In this document: positions 59,338-64,000 of the stretch, piece after piece
Numbering within the stretch: position 1 is the stretch's first letter
Layout: every line of letters begins with the position of its first letter
Assembly: GCA_002269645.1 (NCBI GenBank)
Contig: NIVC01000024.1
Coordinates: 558,001-622,000, forward strand
Source of the DNA: Macrostomum lignano
Lineage: Eukaryota
Reading direction: 5' to 3'
DNA length: 64,000 nucleotides
Program-made: the position numbers and the translations under genes
The notes under the pieces: model-generated
Told to the model about the DNA's origin: nothing
Database searches by the model: none
What the model saw: the letters and a program-made list of their open reading frames with translations, nothing else

Positions 59338-59776
59338 TCCTCTCTTCTCTACTGTCTCCACTCTACTGTCTCCCTTCTCTACTGTCTCCACTCTACTCTC
59401 TCCCTTCTCTACTGTCTCTACTCTACTCTCTCCCTTCTCTACTGTCTCCACTCTACTCTCTCCCTTCTCTACTGTCTCCACTCTACTCTCTCCCTTCTCT
59501 ACTGTCTCCACTCTGCTCTCTCCCTTCTCTACTGTCTCCATTCTACTGTCTCCCTTCTCTACTGTCTCCACTCTACTCTCTCCCTTCTCTACTGTCTCCA
59601 CTCTACTCTCTCCCTTCTCTACTGTCTCCACTCTACTCTCTCCCTTCTCTACTGTCTCCACTCTACTGTCTCCCTTCTTTACTGTCTCCACTCTACTGTC
59701 TCCACTCTACTGTCTCCCTTCTTTACTGTCTCCCCTCTACTCTCTCCCCTCTCTACTGTCTCTCTCTACTCTCTAC
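59338..59776 (+). repeat. 30-bp pyrimidine-rich minisatellite TCCCTTCTCTACTGTCTCCACTCTACTCTC
   Basis: Direct periodicity. Confidence 0.95.
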
Positions 59777-60318
59777 GGCTACCGGACATTTCCCCTCCGG
59801 CGTTTCCCCTCCGGACATTTCCCATCCAGCTATAACGAAATAACAGAGCTTTAGAACATGCCAAAAAGAAGTTTTGCACGCATGTACGTCACATACATGT
59901 AGTTATGCTGTTAGATCGCTTTTATTTTAAAAATTATGTAAGTAAAAGTGAGAGTGGATGGTTTTATTATGTTTTATTATAGGTTTTATTATAATAAAAT
60001 TCGAATATAATATATTATTATTATCTTTATTATTAATATATAAAAATTATTTATACATTCTTATTATTATATTATTATTTTTATACTATAATATTATAAT
60101 ATTACTATATTATTACATTTATATATACACTTATATACATTTATATATATACATGCAACTTATGTTCTCTTTGGACATGTCCGAAGGCACTGTTATTTCG
60201 TTATAGATGAAGGGGAAATGTCCGGAGGGGAAATGTCCGGAGGGGAAATGTCCGGAGGGGAAACGCCGGAGGGGAAATGTCCGGAGGGGAAACGCCGGAG
60301 GGGAAATGTCCGTAAGCG
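59777..60318. mobile_element. MITE, Mutator(MULE)-like: 542 bp, long imperfect TIRs, 9-bp TSD
   Basis: TSD ACTCTCTAC at 59768-59776 and 60319-60327. Left GGCTACCGGACATTTCCCC...CTATAACGAAATAACAG is inverted to right CTGTTATTTCGTTATAG...GGGGAAATGTCCGTAAGCG. The TIRs contain 16-bp GGGGAAATGTCCGGAG sub-repeats and the interior is AT-rich. Confidence 0.8.
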
Positions 60319-60842
60319 ACTCTCTACTGGTTATCCCCTTGAATATAAAGCTGCAAAATGAGAAATCGCATGGACATTCTGTTTCATTGTCTTTTCCTCG
60401 ATCTACGAGCGCAGGTGCAAATTTTGGTTTGGGTGTACTCAAGAAAATGCTCTCAGCTGAATCATTTCCCATTGCATTCATGTCTCCGTTACAGCAGAAA
60501 TGCTGAGATGCCGTGACAACTTGGCGCAGCTGAGCTTCGCTGCTTCGCTATTGCTTGACAAGTGTACAAATGTAAGCTACATGCGAAGCATTGGTAGGTA
60601 GGTGGTAGATTGATTGGCAGGTGATTTGGTCCAACAGAAGCATCCACTCTACATGTATTGATCGCTAGAAACCAGGGACGAAAAGCGCTTGAGCGATGCC
60701 AGCGCACCGAACCTTTACCAGGAAGCAAAAAATGTTCAGCCAAATGGAGAATCAGCCAAACTTATATAATTTGATACTCGCAGAGCATTGGTATCAGCCA
60801 CCCTACCAGCAGATAATCATATACCTAAGTCTGAGTGTTGAA

Positions 60843-61586
60843 ATGTCAAGTAAAGTCCTGCTACTCTTGCTGCACTGCAGCCAGCTGCTTTGGGCTTCAG
60901 CTCAACCGTGCCCCGCTCCGTTCAGCCTCGAGGCCGGCAAATGCGTGTTCGTGAGCACAGCTCAGAGCTTCACCTGGTGCTCAGCGAATCGGCACTGCGC
61001 ATCGATCGGAGGCGAGCTGCTCAACTCGTACAGCTCGCTGCAGTTGCTGGGCAGCATGCCGAGTCTCAGCTGCAGCTGCAACATCTGGCTCGGAGTGTCC
61101 GACCTGGCTGAGGAGAGAGGCACGAGTAGGTCGGGCTGGCAGCTGGTGAAAGGCAAGGGCATTCTGCCTCTGAATGACTCCCTGTGGCGAACAGGCGATC
61201 CAAATAGCAGGGGAGGCAACCAGGACTGCATCGGACAGTACAATGACGCGGTCGGGAAGCTGTCCGACAACACCTGCTCGGGACTGCGCGGCCTCGCCTG
61301 CGAGTTCGTTGGCGCAGCTCAGCCTCGCTCTGCCTCTGGCCAACTGTGGCAGCGGACTCCGTTCAAGCGCACCAGCTACAACCCCAGCTCCGAGTACTGC
61401 CACGCTTACCTGCTGCAGGTGAAGAACGCAATGCACTGCGTGACAGCCGGCATGCGTGCGGCCAGCTGCAGACACGTGCTGTACAACAGCAAGCTGAGAG
61501 CCTGCCGCCTGCTGCTGTTCACCGACGCTCAGGTGGAGGCGGAGATCGAGACGAACGCCGACTGGGTCAAGTTCCGCGTGCACTGA
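60843..61586 (+). CDS. Secreted C-type lectin domain + PAN/apple-like module, 247 aa, intronless; paralog of 15096-15920
   Basis: Signal peptide MSSKVLLLLLHCSQLLWASA; CPAPF..., TWCSANRHC, WLGVSD, GDPN, QDC, LSDNTC...LACE; YCH...MHC...SCRHVLYN...CRL. Confidence 0.9.
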   Translation: MSSKVLLLLLHCSQLLWASAQPCPAPFSLEAGKCVFVSTAQSFTWCSANRHCASIGGELLNSYSSLQLLGSMPSLSCSCNIWLGVSDLAEERGTSRSGWQLVKGKGILPLNDSLWRTGDPNSRGGNQDCIGQYNDAVGKLSDNTCSGLRGLACEFVGAAQPRSASGQLWQRTPFKRTSYNPSSEYCHAYLLQVKNAMHCVTAGMRAASCRHVLYNSKLRACRLLLFTDAQVEAEIETNADWVKFRVH

Positions 61587-62029
61587 GCAACAGTCTATAG
61601 TCCTGTTTTTCCTTATTCTGAAAGTGATGGACACCAAAATCATCCGCCAGTTGACACCAATCTAGATGTATGACTTTGAGAGCTAATGGAAGTTTGATAA
61701 AAAGGATTCCTACTTCGTATGCATGATAGGAAATGTCTTTGTTATGAACTGTCTTGCCATGATCAAGACAGTTTAGATTACGGATATATGAGATTTTTCC
61801 CTGAAGGAACAAAATTACAAACTATAAACACAGTCAAATATATTATTTTCTATTAAGCAAGAGGTTGGAAAATTCCGACCTGTAAAGCCTCTCTATCCCG
61901 CCCTCGGGTCATTTAAAACTTTACACATTAGCAATCCGGCCCGATCCAGGTTTGTGTCGACTTTTCTCTCATCTCTCAACGCCTCTTTCCTACTCTCTCT
62001 CACTATGCCCTAATCTTTCTTCGCTCATC

Positions 62030-64000
<1,971 letters not shown>

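Overview
Eukaryotic (animal) genomic DNA with GT-AG introns and the standard code. Gene style (poly-Gln/Ala tracts, introns packed with private minisatellites) resembles a free-living flatworm such as Macrostomum, which is an inference only. I reconstructed six protein-coding genes by hand: the 3' part of a probably GPI-anchored acetylcholinesterase-like gene (+, 65-3716), a group I PAK kinase (-, 6738-12017, candidate start exon at 16011-16028), two intronless paralogous secreted C-type-lectin + PAN/apple-like genes (-, 15096-15920; +, 60843-61586), a 21-coding-exon still life/TIAM Rac-GEF with N-terminal EVH1 domain (+, 23459-52439, apparent 1-nt frameshift near 46086), and a 10-exon SLC5 Na+/solute symporter (+, 54239-58989). 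About 28 kb (roughly 44%) is tandem repeat, and nearly all long ORFs in the supplied track are artefacts of these arrays. Mobile DNA: a ~9 kb inverted-repeat-bounded unit in sif intron 4 carrying a 6.2 kb three-module satellite, a MULE-type MITE with a 9-bp TSD, three tRNA-headed SINE-like copies, a possible LTR relic, and an internally deleted APE/RNase H LINE at the right edge. There is no CRISPR array, rRNA or intact tRNA gene. I could not demonstrate a new biological system. The best leads are the satellite-bearing element, the U1-like intronic minisatellite and the inverted (TATC)n/(GATA)n pair.
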